In this document: positions 1 to 17,867 of the stretch, in pieces
Layout: each line of letters starts with the position of its first letter
Position numbering within the stretch: position 1 is the stretch's first letter
Assembly: GCF_009914755.1 (NCBI RefSeq)
Contig: NC_060932.1
Length of the DNA stretch: 64,000 nucleotides
From: the human T2T-CHM13v2.0 reference genome, Homo sapiens
Direction: 5' to 3' (one strand)
Translations under genes and position numbers: made by a program
Notes under the pieces: model-generated
Told to the model about the DNA's origin: nothing
Database searches by the model: none
The model's input: the letters and a program-made list of their open reading frames with translations, nothing else

Positions 1-935
1 AAGATCTGCGAGGTTCCAAAACACCAGCTCCTCGCTTCTTCCTTTCTCAGCCCACCAACATAACCACTTGGAGGAGCCTGAACCAAGTCATGTGTTTGCC
101 AGTTCCCACTGTCTCATTCCAATGCTGAGTTGCCCCTGGGATAGAGCAAGTCTTCCTCCACCCCCTGTAACTGTTAGGGCCAGGTAGAGACAGAGGGCAG
201 GTGTGGGTGGGTTGGAGGATCCCCTTTCATTCACATTCAGCAGGTGGCTTTCTTGAGCTTATTTTTCCCTTTAAAGCTGTCCTAATTGCTATTTTAATCA
301 GATTTTATATTCCTATAAATCTAAGGTGGAGGTTGGGGAGAAAAGAGATGATGGTATGGTGAGGTGTCTACTGAACTGCTCCTGCCAAGGCCCCTCCCCA
401 TGTACTCTCAACGAAAGTTGCAGGTGAGTCTCCCATGCTGGGAGTCGGAATCCAGCAGAGCCTCAGGCAGCGGGGAGCTATAGCAGTTAGAAAGAGCACA
501 TTCGCAGAAACCCTGTGACCTGCAGCTGCTGGCCTCCTGGAAGCTTCCTTTGTTGCTCTTGGTTGGAAGACTGTTGTTATGATGCTCTTTTAACTACATT
601 CACAGGGTCTAGGATTGGGTTAGAGAAAGGGTGAGAGGACAGGTGGGAGGAAAGAGGCTGAATGAGTGCTTGGAAGTGAGGCATCCGAAGGGACTGCCTT
701 CATGGTCGTGTCTAGCCTGATATTCACAGCATTATTGATTTTTTTTCTTCCAAAAATTACATGTATTTTATTTTCAGCATCTTTTGCTAATTCTTTCTAA
801 TTATAATGTGCTGTTATTTTACAGCCACCCATTCTCATTTTGTGGATATAATTCCCTGCTTTAGTTTTCTGAGCACAAGAAATCAACTTTGGCTGCACAT
901 TGGAATATCTGAGAAGCTTAAAAATACTGATGTTT

Positions 936-1677
<742 letters not shown>

Positions 1678-1689
1678 TACTGATGTTTG

Positions 1690-2529
1690 GAGAATGATGG
1701 TCATCAGAGGTTGGGGAGAAGGAAAAGGGAAGTTGTTGTTTATGTTGTTTAATGGGTATAGAGTTTCAGATTTGCAAGGTGAAGAAGTTCTGGAGATCTG
1801 TTTCACAACAATGCGAATGTACTTAATATTACTGAACCATACAATTAAAAATGGTTCAGAGGCCAGGTACAGTGGCTCAGGCCTGTAATCTCAGCACTTT
1901 GGGAAGCCCAGTCAGGCGGATCGCTTGAGTCCAAGAGTTTGAGATCAGCCTAGGAAACATGGCGAAACTCCATCTCTACAAAAAATACAAAAATTAGCCA
2001 AGCCTGGTGGCACACACCTGTGGTCCCACCTAGGTGAGAGGATCACCTAAACTCAGGGAGGTCAAGGCTGCAGTGAGCCATGATTGCACCACTGCACTCT
2101 AGCCTGGGTGACAGAGTGAGACCCTGACTCAGAAAAAAAAAAAAAAAAAGGTTAAGATGGTAAATTTTATGTTATGCTTTTCTACTACAATAAAAAGTAC
2201 ATAAAAATATTGATATGGGCCGGGTGCAGTGGCTCATGCCTGTAATCCCAGTGCTTTGGGAGGCCAAGGTGGAAGGATCACTTGAGGCCAGAAGTACAAG
2301 ACCAGCCTGGACAACAAAAAGAGAGCCTATCCTTACAAAAAAATTTTTTTAATTAGCTGGGTGTGGTGGCACACAACTGTAGCCCTAGTACTCATAGTAC
2401 TCAGGTGACCTGAGGTGGGAGGATCACTTGAGCCTGGGACATTGAGGCTGCTGTGAGCCATGATCACACCTCTGCACTCCAGCCTGAGCAAAGAGCAAGA
2501 CCCTGTCTCTAAAAAAAAAAAAAAAAAAA
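1690..2529 (+). mobile_element. Old L1 3'-end fragment (1690-1860, 2150-2205) interrupted by an Alu (1861-2149), followed by another Alu (2217-2529)
   Basis: L1M 3' motifs (gggtatagagtttcag...gaagttctggagat; ggttaagatggtaaattttatgtt) and two A-tailed Alus. Confidence 0.85.
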
Positions 2530-2544
2530 TTGACCTGGCTAGAA

Positions 2545-2780
2545 CGAAGCAGGCATAAGAAGGGGCATAAGCACCCTGCTGGGTTCTCTCTCTCTCTCTC
2601 TCCTTGTGCCAGATGTTTTGCTTCCGCTTCTCCTGTCCTTGGACATCAGACTCCAGATTCTTCAGCTCTTGGACTCTGGAACTTACATTAGTGGCCTTCT
2701 GTGGGGGTCTCAGGCCTTTGGCTTCAGACTGAGGGCTGCACTGTTGGCTTCCTGCTTTTGAAGCTTTTGAACTTGAAATT
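2545..2780. mobile_element. MLT2-like (ERVL) LTR fragment
   Basis: ggacatcagactccag...ggactctgg...gctgcactgttggcttcc resembles the MLT2 consensus as recalled. Confidence 0.6.
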
Positions 2781-2857
2781 CTGACTTAACTGATGAACAG
2801 TTAAGTCTAGGGAATATCTGTTCTGGGGAGTAGTGGGCAATGAACCCTGAAAAGCTC

Positions 2858-4063
<1,206 letters not shown>

Positions 4064-4685
4064 AAGCTCCCAGGTGATTTTAGCATGCGGCTAAAACTGA
4101 GAGCCGTCCTGAGGATCTGAAGTCACTACTTTTCAGATCCTCATCATTCTGGTAATTATTTTTTCTCAGATGCAAATCCCCGCTTTTGTTGAGATTTTCT
4201 TTTTGATGGTGTGGGCCATTTTCAGAGGCTGACCAAGCTTACCTTCTGCCACCTGGGCTACACCTCTGCCTACACCCTGGGCTTCAAGTCCCACCTGGAG
4301 GTGAGGACCTGGGGCTTCTTGACTTGTGCTTTCCTATCTCCTCACTTCCTTGAGGAATGCTGCCCAGCCTTTAAAGAGAGGGTCCTTCCTTGTTTTCAAA
4401 AGTGGCTATATTGTCTTTCACACCCCTCTCTCTTTTCCATCCTTCCTTCTCTCTTTCTTTTTGTATCTTTTAAAAAATCTCTTCCTGGGGTCTTATGAAG
4501 GAGATTTCAGCATGAGTTTAGTCCACATTCCTGAAATCTGGGGATTTTACTTTTTAACTTTATATATTTCTGTGTTATTTGAATTATTTTGCCACAAATA
4601 CATTGTTTTTGTAATATTTTTTCAAGTGTTTTTATAAAAAGAATTTATATTAATAAAGCCTATGTAATAACCTTGAAAATGTTTA

Positions 4686-5110
<425 letters not shown>

Positions 5111-5390
5111 AAAAAGAAATAGTGGTTATGCTTACATGGTGAGATAAATGCTTACTTATATGTGGGAAAGTCTTTTGTTCTTTATGCATTTTTATTATAT
5201 ATATATATATTTTAAAAGAGTATATTCTCCTTTTATAATAGGTGGGAAATTGAACCACTCATGTTAAATGAGTTTAGTCAACTGCAGAAGTTACATATCA
5301 TAAGAAACAGTTTGTGGGAGACACCCAGGCTCAAAGGAGCTACTGGGGTGTATCCCAAGAAAGGTGTGACGGGAATGTGGTTATTGTTAG

Positions 5391-5732
<342 letters not shown>

Positions 5733-6022
5733 TGTCAACTGTACTTTAATGAATAAGGCATAAAACCTTAGTTTAGTGCATAGTTGTTTACCTCCATTAC
5801 CCCTTTTCTCCATCAAGACTACCTTGTATTTGTTTAGGCAGCCACCTCTCAACAACCCATGAAGTGTCTGGAGCTCCACCCTCTGCTCAAGAGGAACGGC
5901 ACATGACCCAGGCCTATGCCAATCAGCATTTCACATTCCTCATGGTTGGTTCAAAGGTGAGCAAGTAATTGAAATCAGTTAAATTAGTGCCAGCACAAAG
6001 AGGCTCTTTCCCCCACCCCAGT

Positions 6023-6420
6023 ATTACCATGGTTTTAATATGGTTTATCCCCACAAAACTCACGTTGAGGCTTGGACTCCAGTGTGACAGTATTGGGAGG
6101 TGGTGCCTTTAAGAGATGATTAGATGGTTAAGAGGGATGAATGCCTTACTCTTGCAGTGAGTTCTTGTTCTCTCAGTTCTGGATTAGTTCCCATGAGAGT
6201 GGGTTGTTATAAAGCAAGGCTGCCTTTTGCGTTTGGTCTCTTTTGCTTGCCCGTCCACTTTTCTGCCACAGTATAATGTGGCAGGAGGCCCTCACCAGAT
6301 GCAGCTGCCTGATCTTGAACGTCCTAGTCTCTAGAACTGTGAGCCTAATAAACCTCTTTCCTTTATAAATTACCCAGTCTTAGGTATATTGTTATAGCAA
6401 CAGAAAACGGATTAAGACAT
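6023..6420 (+). mobile_element. MST-like MaLR solo LTR
   Basis: aaactcacgttga...gggaggtggtgcctttaagag...aaattacccagtc...gcaacagaaaacggattaagaca. Confidence 0.75.
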
Positions 6421-6779
6421 ATGTTGTACTTGAACCTTAATGTACTTGAACTTGAAGTTTGATGGCTGCAGCAGCTATAGCCATCTTACTTCCATGTGAA
6501 GCCTAAGAATTAAGCAACACATGGAAGGGAACACATCTTTTGAGCCCCAATTTGGCCATGAGTTGCCCTTAGATTTTTTTAGTTATGTGAGCCAATACAT
6601 TTCCTAAAACAGGTAAAATTATGTTTTTAGACACTGATAACCAAAACAGGTCAAACTATGCTTACGGCAATTTGCTTTAAAAGAGAACTAGACAGAGAGA
6701 ATTTGTTGCCTTTTGACCAATGCTTCCATGAGAGAGCTGATATTCTGATTCCTGACCTCAACCACTATTTGATTGGCAG

Positions 6780-7487
<708 letters not shown>

Positions 7488-8176
7488 TATCTCCCCTGAA
7501 GAAATAGCAATTCATTTGGTTAGCCTAGTTTGATGAAACTATCTCATCATGAAACCCAACTCCTATTTCTGATTCCAGGTTTACCAAGCTGTCCTCTGAT
7601 CTGTGGTTTAGCCCTTTGACTGCACTGATTATGAGGCAGGCACCCTCCCATTATGCGTGAACACACTGGCATTACATTTGTTCAGTCAGCCTTTTGCAAG
7701 TTTGTTTAACCAATTAGTTGCTAGAGCATGCATGTAATAGAAACCTTGAGATTCTGGCTTCAAAGCTGAGAACAGTCCCAGCTCCATGGTGACCCACCGT
7801 AATATGGAAGGAAGAGCCAACTAAGTTGAGACTCTGTATCTCTCTTTAACTTCCACAGGGTTGTTCACCTAAAAGGAGGACTAATAAAGACAGAATGTGC
7901 ATGTTCGTTATGTGGTCCTCACAATACTGGTCAGCCCTGGAACATGGTAGTCCTGGGTTTGTACAGCTACTGTTTTTGGTGTAGTCTTGGGCAGACCACC
8001 ATCTCCCTAAGCCTCTATTTTGGTTCTTCTACTATAAAGTGGTAAAAATAACACTTTTTGCATGTGGTCATTGCAAAAACTAAAAGAAATGATATACATG
8101 AAGTCTAGGCAAAATAGAATAATAACTACACAGAGGCAGATTTTCCATGAAGTTAATAAAGTTTCCTGGGCCCTAA

Positions 8177-8549
<373 letters not shown>

Positions 8550-8589
8550 AATTTTTCTTAAATCAAGTCCCCCAAATCTTGTACTGGTA

Positions 8590-8790
8590 TTATTTCATTA
8601 TCATGATCTCATTTAAACCTCACAACAATACTGTGGGATAGCTATGGTTGTTACCATTTTACAAATGAGAAAACTGAGGCTTATGGATATTAAGTAACTT
8701 TTCTAAGATCATACTATGAGTGGTAGAGCCAGGATTCAAACCGAGGTGGTGTGCATCCAGAGAGTGTCCAGGGTCCACATCTTAATCACT
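8590..8790. mobile_element. MIR element
   Basis: MIR core ccattttacaaatgagaaaactgaggct...gagccaggattcaaacc. Confidence 0.75.
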
Positions 8791-10384
8791 CACCTGGTTT
8801 CCTAAATGTGTCTGTACCGAAGAGTCACCAAGGGGCACTTATTAAAGTACAGATTCCAGGGTCTACCTCAGAGATAGCAAATCAGGGTCTCTAGGGGAGG
8901 GACCTAGTTTCTGTGGTGGTTTCCACTCATGAGCCTCTGCTCCAATGAGCTGTATTTGCCTGTCTGTCTCCAATCTTGGGGACAGCAGTTTTTCCTATGG
9001 CCTCACCTTTCTTACAGGTGCAAGAAGAGTTGTTGATTTTTCAGCCTGTCCAGCTTTGTAGTTGCTGTTAAGATAGAATGGACTTCCAAGCTCCTTACGT
9101 GCAGAAGCAGAAACCAGAGGTCCTATCAAAATAGTTTTAAATTGTATTAAACATACACAAAAGTAGAGCAATGTGCTGAATCCCTATGTATCCATCACCT
9201 AGGTTCAATAATTATTATAATTTTGCTAATTTTGAGAAGCAGTTTAAAAACTCATAGAGACCAGTGCTTAACAGTTAAAAAAACAGGGAGTTAAAATCGT
9301 CATTCAAATAATTTGGGAGGTGAAATTAATTATTTTTAAGTAAATTACCTAAATGATTTGGGCAAGAGCCATATATGTATATATATTACAAATAGCATAA
9401 AACAAAAAACTGATAATGTTAAGTATTTTGGTAGCTCTTTTGTGTAATATCACTTTACTCAAATCCTCCCCAATACCCTATTATGTGAAGAGAAATCTGT
9501 TTTTTATTACATTTCCTTCTGAAACTCAGAGGGCAAAACAGTCCAATTCAATCACCAAACTTGTGGAGTCCACAGGGTGTTCCCTTATGCTACAGGAGAC
9601 CAGAGAGGAGTTGCAAAGCCTATCCACAGTTGTTTGGAAGACTTTATTGGGAAAGTGGTGTTTGAGTAGCATCTATTAAGAGTAGACTTTATGTCTAAAA
9701 GCAGATGTGGAAGAGGCAGAATTTCAGGTTGAGGGAACTTCATGTACACGGATGGGAGAGAAGAAGGTGTAGAGTGAGTTTGGGGGTGTGGTTACATTAC
9801 AGTGTTTGTGATGGAAAGGTAATTTAAGAGCTGGATGAATCTTAAAGGTGACATCATGGAGCAGAGGTTAAAGGCGTAGGTTCTGTTGGCAGACAGACCT
9901 GTCTGGTTACCTCCTGCCTTAGGTGGCAGTGCTGATTGCCAACCTAAGAGCCATTCTCAATGTATTTTCCTTGGTGGTAGGGCTGCCTTCCTCTCTGAAG
10001 GCTAGAAATGCTAGATACTCATTTACCAGCCTCCTTTGCAGCTAGGGGATGGCCATGTAATCCAAGTCTGGCCAAAAGGACCTGAAGGGAAATCTAAGGT
10101 GGGGGGTTCTAGAAATAATTTTCTCCCTAATCAAAAAAGACTCTATAGCAAAAACTTCTTTTTGCCTCTGAACATAGCTGTGTGACACTGTGAGCACTGG
10201 AGCTATGGCAGCCATCCTGTAACCATGAGGAAAAGCTGCTGATGAAAGCCAAGGTGCTGAGGCTAGCAGAGGAGATAATATAAAGTATTTAGTGCTTGAT
10301 GACATCATTATGCCACTCTACATATGCCACTCTTTGTTTGGAATATCAGATTGTATAAAATGATACATTTTCCTGATTACTTAG

Positions 10385-11127
<743 letters not shown>

Positions 11128-11956
11128 ACAATTTTCTATTTTTAAAAAATCTCATGTTCAGCAAAATCATACATCACAAGTTTTATGGAAAAAATAGGGT
11201 CAAGGGCAGACCACTCAAAACATTAAGAAGTTTTTAAGTAGAGCCCTGATAAAAACAACTCTACTAATAAATATCTTGGCACAGTTTGTTCTCTATTGCT
11301 GTTTGCAGCTAACCATACAGCCAGGCCTTCCTTTGCAGCTTTGTATCTGGGTACACCTGTTTCCTCCTGAGACATGAAGGTCCTTGAGGACATTTGCTTC
11401 CTGGAGAGAAAATTGTCACCAAAATTAAAAATACAATCTAGAGGTAGCTTTCTGAAATCATTTTAAACATAAAGAGATATGACTTAAAAATTTTTCATCT
11501 GAACTGTCAATTTCCATAAATAGCTTAATATAGTGAAAAATTGAGAGGTTCTTGAAGCCACTAAGTCTAATAAAAAAATGCAATTCCATGGGGTTTTCGG
11601 TTTTCTGCTTTTTCCTTAGGGTCCTCAAAGATGAGGAAGGCTTTGTCTTTGTGAGAAAGCTCATTCTAGTCACTTCAAAACATACTGGAAAAATAGCATA
11701 TGAGCTAATTTGGTTTCTGTGACATGATGATTCTATTCCCCTATTACCTGTCACATGAGAGCCAGTTAGGACTAAGAAAACACCAGGGTGGTTAAATGGT
11801 AAATTTTATGTTATGCATATTTGGCCACTGTATATATTTAAAAATTGAGGCTCTACAGGAGCTCTTGTTTATGTGGGCTATGCCTATCAATGTTTACCTT
11901 AGTAGTCAGTAAAACTGGGATTTTTTTTTCAAAGGAACACCATTATGAATAGATGA

Positions 11957-12150
11957 TGCTAACATTGGTGTATCCACCACTCAGCTTCAGAAATCAAACT
12001 TTACTGATATCCTTGAATCCCCATATGTGTCCTTCCCTGAATGCATTCCTTTGTCCCCCAGAAGTACAGACTATCCAGGATTCAGTGTTTATCATTCCCA
12101 TGTCTTTCTTTATGGGTTTTCTAAATTTAGAATATCCCCAGAGACAGTTT
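11957..12150 (+). repeat. Copy A of a local ~195-bp duplication
   Basis: Aligns by eye with 13034-13227, roughly 85-90% identical. Confidence 0.92.
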
Positions 12151-13006
12151 AAAATTTTTAAGCCAATGCAGCCATAACACAGTATGTGTATTATTTTGGA
12201 ACTTTTATTGACTTGGTTCATCCACCCCTCCAGGTGCCATTGGTCACCCAACCCCCTCCAAAGCAGAGGGGCAGTTCTCTCTAGTACTTTATTAGCTGCC
12301 TTGATGTCTTGTTTCCAGTCCCTTCAGAAATTATGGTGGAGATACACACATACACATTAATGGAATAAACACTCTTCCCTCCTCTCCCTTGGGGCTCCTT
12401 CCCCCAAAGAGGTCCATTGTCCACAAGTACTCATTTGTGGGACTCAATATGTTCCCAGCCACAACAGAGCATTACATTAGAATAGGAGCTAACATGTGGG
12501 AATCAGCATATGTTTAGAATTACATCTTACACACTGAAAAATGCACTGGAAGAGCAGCCATTATTGACAGAGACGGTCCTGGCTAATAGATCTGCCTAGT
12601 TTTAGGCTGCTTAGGGGAACAGGGGTCCTGGAATAAGAAGCCCCACCCCCTCCTATGAAGAGAGGAAAGCTGGAGACAAAAAGAGGAAGCAAGAGATGAA
12701 TTGCAAAAAACTAATCAGATTGCAACCTCAAGGTAACATTTTGCATAATAAGTTCTAACAATGTTTTCTTGTTTATATCAGCCTCCTCCTCTTAGCCTGG
12801 CTTACTAGGCTGGTGTTTAATTCCAATGCTTCTGGGTTAATTTATTCAACTTTATTATCCTTACTATAGTAGCCTCCCCTAGCGTTCTCCCCTACCTCTC
12901 AAAGGTCTCATCTAAGTGTGTATAAAGCTGTTAAATAGAGGAGAGGAATCAGGATGAACTGCACAGCATTTTCTTAAGGCCTGTGGGTTCTGGAGCCTAT
13001 GCTTCA

Positions 13007-13258
13007 GCAACTGAAGCTGAACTGTGTGGTTGTTGCTAACATTGGTGTATCCACCACTAAGCCTCAGAAATAAAACTTTACTGATATCTTTGAATCCCAT
13101 GTGTGTCCTTCCCTGAATGCATTGCTTTGTCACCCAGAGGTAACAGCTATCCAGCATTCAGTGCTTATCATCCCCATGTCTTTCTTTATTGGTTTTCTAA
13201 ATTTGGAATATCCCTGGAGACAACTTTGGCAACTGAAGCTAAACTGTGATGGTTGTTG
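13007..13258 (+). repeat. Copy B of the local duplication, flanked by 29/30-bp direct repeats
   Basis: gcaactgaagctgaactgtgtggttgttg (13007-13035) and gcaactgaagctaaactgtgatggttgttg (13229-13258). Confidence 0.92.
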
Positions 13259-13739
13259 ACCTCTGATGTGCTACTTTTTAATCAAGAACTTATTTTCCCT
13301 CTTTCTCTCTCAGCTCCCACAGGCCCATTCTGGTGACTCATGACTTGTATACACAGAACAACAGAGAAAAGAAAAATAGAATTAGATAAACAAGCAGGGG
13401 CAACAGTGAGGGCTATGTCTTACAAAGAACCATTTTTAATTGAATTCATTTTCTCTCTTGAAATTCTTTTTTTTTTCCCTCAAAAGTGGGAAAAAATTCT
13501 CAAATAACAACAGCAAACCAAGAAAGCAGCTTAGTCTGCACTGCATTTGCATTTCTTAGTTTCATTCCCTATTCAAAAATGTCTTAGGCAAATGTGTGGG
13601 AATGAACATGCACTTTAAAATTATGGGACCTAGTAGATTTAATGGAATGAGCCCTGGATTGGGAGCCAGGGGACCTGGCTTTGAATGGTCCCAACCCAGG
13701 CACTTATTTACCTTAGTTTCTTCACTTATAAAATTAAAC

Positions 13740-14140
13740 ACACCATCTACTGATGAATGGATAAACAAAATGTGATATATCCACAGAAGGGAATCTTGTT
13801 CAGCTGTGAGAAGGAATGAAGTATGGACATGTGCTATAATGTGGATGTGCGTTAAAGACATTATGCTAAGTGAAAGAAGCCAGACACAAAGACCATACAT
13901 TTCACGATTCCACTTACATGAAATGTACAGAATAGCTAAATCTAAGGACATAAAGTAGGTTAGCTAATGGGTACAGGTTTCATTCTGGGTTGATGAAATG
14001 TTCCAAAATTGATTGTGCTGATGGTTGTATTTAAAACTCTGCATATACTGAAAACCATTTAATTGTACATTTTAAATGAGTGAATTGTATGCTATGTGAA
14101 TTATATCTCAATAAAGTTGTTCAAAAAAAAGAGAAAAAAA
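13740..14140 (+). mobile_element. L1M(B)-like 3' end
   Basis: gatgaatggataaacaaaatgtg...gctaagtgaaagaagccagacacaaa...gtgaattatatctcaataaa plus A-rich tail. Confidence 0.85.
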
Positions 14141-14717
14141 TGAAACAGTGATTTCCACCCAGCCCAGATATGTTGTGAAGCTCAAATGAATTGTTTTTAC
14201 AAATAAGAAAACCACTTAAAACTATACAATGAAAATTATTTTTAAACTTAATTATTTCTTAAATTCGAGGCTGATATACTAAAGGAATTTTTCCAGTGAC
14301 AGTTGGCATTTCTATAAACCAGAATTGTACCTCTGCTTACAGCTCTGTGGATGAAGATCAGGGAGGAGGAACAGTTTCAAGTTGGTGAGAGTGTTGAGGG
14401 GAGGGAAAAAATGGCTGGTTTGTAAGATCCTTGAGGTCAGGGATTATTTTTATCTTGTTCTCTTTTGTAATCCCAGTGCCTAGTACAATGCCTGACTCAA
14501 TCAATGTGAATGAGTGAATAATGAATCAATGGTCAAACTAATGAACTGGGGGTCTGAATGAAAATGATGAGGCACTTTCACTCAGCCAATAAACTTTTAC
14601 CAGCCCACAAATTCAGGTTCGTATTTTAATGTTGACAGTGACTTGGACTTTTGGGGATTATACCTGTTCCATTGCTAAGAGAGTGATAATTCTCTTTCAC
14701 GTGTTGCACATCACAAT

Positions 14718-14998
<281 letters not shown>

Positions 14999-16329
14999 TA
15001 AAAAACTTCATCAGTATTGTGGCTATGATTCACTCTATCTTCTACTAGTTGTTATGAGTCAAGGAAAGGGTTGGCCTCCAGAACAAAAGGATCTTAAGGC
15101 TTGGTCTAGTCATGCCAGGAGTCCTGAGTGACTGTGGAGCAAGCTGAGAGGTCTGCTTTGCTGAAAGACAAGGACAACACATATATAAGGTGGTTTGGAA
15201 TTAGGGCAACAATTTTGTGTAGTCCTGCCATTGTAGGCCACTGTGATGGGACAGGAATCACCAGCCTTGGGGAGAAGCAACCATTCTCCATTCTCTATTT
15301 CTCTATTTTTGCCATTTGGGAAAAGACTTGTGAGTTTGGGACCAAATTGACATCATGGCAAACAAGTGCCATTTACATCCGAAAAGCTGAAATCAAAAGG
15401 AGAATAATTCTAGGGGAGAACACTCCACTTCCTCTGATGGGTTCTTGAGTTCCCTGCTCTCTTTTCACTAAACCTTTCCAAAAAAAAAATCCTTGTCACC
15501 CAAAAACTCTAACTGGAACCCCTCTGAAGGACCACTCATGTCTTGTGTGTGAGTAACAGCCATGGAAACGTGGTTGAAGAACTGAACTTTAGGACCTGGA
15601 CTACCCAGAGCAACAGCTACTGCATTCAAGGCTGGAAATTTCCATTTAGAAAATAAAGCTGGCTTAAGAAAGGATTTCCTCATGACAGGGAAAAAATGGA
15701 CAATTGGTCAACTTGACAAATGAGACTTCCTCATGACAACTGTTAAAGAAAAGCTCTAGGACACACAAGGGAAGCTTGAGACAGTGAAATTTAACTGGGT
15801 GCCAAAGCTTCCTCGCAGATAGATGAACTCCAGGTTTCCCCATTTATGCTCAGACAATAAGCCCTTCCTATGCAGGAGACCTGACAGCAGTAACAGCAGA
15901 AGCCTTATTCGCGAAGGGACTTTTCTTAACCTTTTATTTTCCTCCCTGTACCTCTAGTCACTTACTTGGACATCATGTCCTGGAGCTAAACAGCAGTATA
16001 CCCTAAACTTCAAAAACATCTGTGAAAAATGACTGGTCTAAGGGAACTGTATATACCACACAAAGTAGATCATCTTTCCATCCCCTCCTCCACTGATTTC
16101 TTCCAAAACAGACATCTGAAAAGCCAGGAAACCAAGAAAGAAACAAACACAAACCACTAGTAAAACCAGCTCCCTTAATAAAAAATATCTTCCAATCTCC
16201 AGCTCCCTGATTTGATAAACATCTTAAAATATGTTTGGCTATGACTTTTGATTATTCTGCCTCTGATGTTATTTATTTTAGATCTGAAGATCAGGGGCTT
16301 GTGTTTGCTCAGGCAACAGTTTGAGTGAT

Positions 16330-17075
16330 GCTGCAGCGTGAACTCTGGAGTCAGGCAGAGGTAGGCTAGAATCAGACTCCATGTGCACCAGCTGTCTAAA
16401 TTGGTAAACTGGGGAAGTGACTCAGCGTTTCTAATTTTCATCTGTAAAATGGGGATAATAATAATAGCCTCAGATTTGCTATATGAATCTAATCAGCTTA
16501 TGTATGTAAATGAGAACATAATCTAGAATAATCCCATACCTGTCCCTATCTACTTCCTTTTCTCTAGATAATTTTGTTTCTTATCATTCCAGAGATTCTT
16601 TACAGAAATATAAGCAAATTAAATATATTTTTTTCTTTTGCCTTCTAGCTTACATAAAAGTAGCATATAACTGCTCTGTGCCTTGTTTTTTTCTCTTCAT
16701 CTATCTTGGAAATCTTTCCATATCAGTACAAGGAGAGCTTCCTCATTCTTCGCCCCCCCCCCCTTTTTTTTTTTAAAGCAGCACGAGATTCCATTGTGTG
16801 GCTGTAGCACAGTTTATTTAACCATTCTTTATCGGAAGACATTTGGATTATTTCCAAATATTTCCTACAACAAATAAAGCTGCAGTGAATATTCTTGTAC
16901 AGAGTGTCATTTTGCATGTATGTGAGTATATCTAAAGGGTTTATACATTTGAAGTTTTTAAAAACAACTTTATTAACATAAAATTTATTACAGTTGTAAT
17001 TTGATGGCTTTTGCCAAATTGCCCTCCAAAGGGGTTGTGCCATTTTGTACTACCCAGCAATGTATGAGGGTGTAC
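16330..17075. mobile_element. MIR (16330-16515) followed by an antisense old L1 fragment (~16540-17075)
   Basis: ttttcatctgtaaaatggggataata (MIR); aaataaagctgcagtgaatattcttgtaca...ttgccaaattgccctcca (L1M). Confidence 0.7.
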
Positions 17076-17161
17076 AGTAAACTATTAGAAGTGGGCACTT
17101 ACAGAAGGTAGGATAGGTGGGCCCAGAGAGAATTTCAACTGTCCTTAAAAATATGACATGT

Positions 17162-17457
17162 GGCTGGGCACGGTGGCTCACACCTGTAATCCCAGCACTT
17201 TGGGAGGCCAAGGGGGGCAGATCACCTGAGGTCAGAGTTTGAGACCAGCCTGGCCAACATGGTGAAACCCCATGTCTACTAAAAATATAAAAATCAGCTG
17301 GGCATGGTGGTGTGCACCTGCAGTCCCAGCTATTCGAGAAGCTGAGGCAAGAGAATCACTTGAACCTGGGAGGTGGAGGTTTTAGTAAGCTGAGATTGCA
17401 CCACTGTACTCCAGCCTGGATGACAGAGCAAGACTCCCGTCTCAAAAGAAAAAAAAA
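17162..17457 (+). mobile_element. Alu (AluS-like)
   Basis: Full dimer; TSD atgacatgt. Confidence 0.92.
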
Positions 17458-17867
17458 TGACATGTTAAAAAAGTTTACATATAGGTCTATATTCTTATTG
17501 TAAAATATGGTAAGAATTTAAAGTGTCCCTTGGTTGATACTCTTCTTCCCTTCAACCAGTCCCAGTCTTTCCCATGTTGTGAATTATTTGGTGTGTCAAT
17601 TAATAATTGTTAAATCCAGTGGCCATTTCTCAGTTTCTGTCCTCCTTGAGATATCTAAAGATCTATTCCCAAGATCCTCTCTTCCTTTGGTGTTCATGAC
17701 GCAAACATTCTTTTGGTTCGCTCATAATTCTCTGATCCTTTACCATCTTCTCTGGCTTCTCTTCTCTTGCCTTAAAAAACAGGCCTAATAATAGGCAATA
17801 TTTGTTGAATGCCGATGATGCACAAGAATAACAGAACCCCAAACCACAAGGAGTTTAAGGTCTTAGG

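Noticed and set aside
13007-13258. Repeat-spacer-repeat arrangement resembling a CRISPR unit
   Set aside because: Only two repeats, a ~190-bp spacer, eukaryotic context and no cas genes; better explained as a templated duplication.
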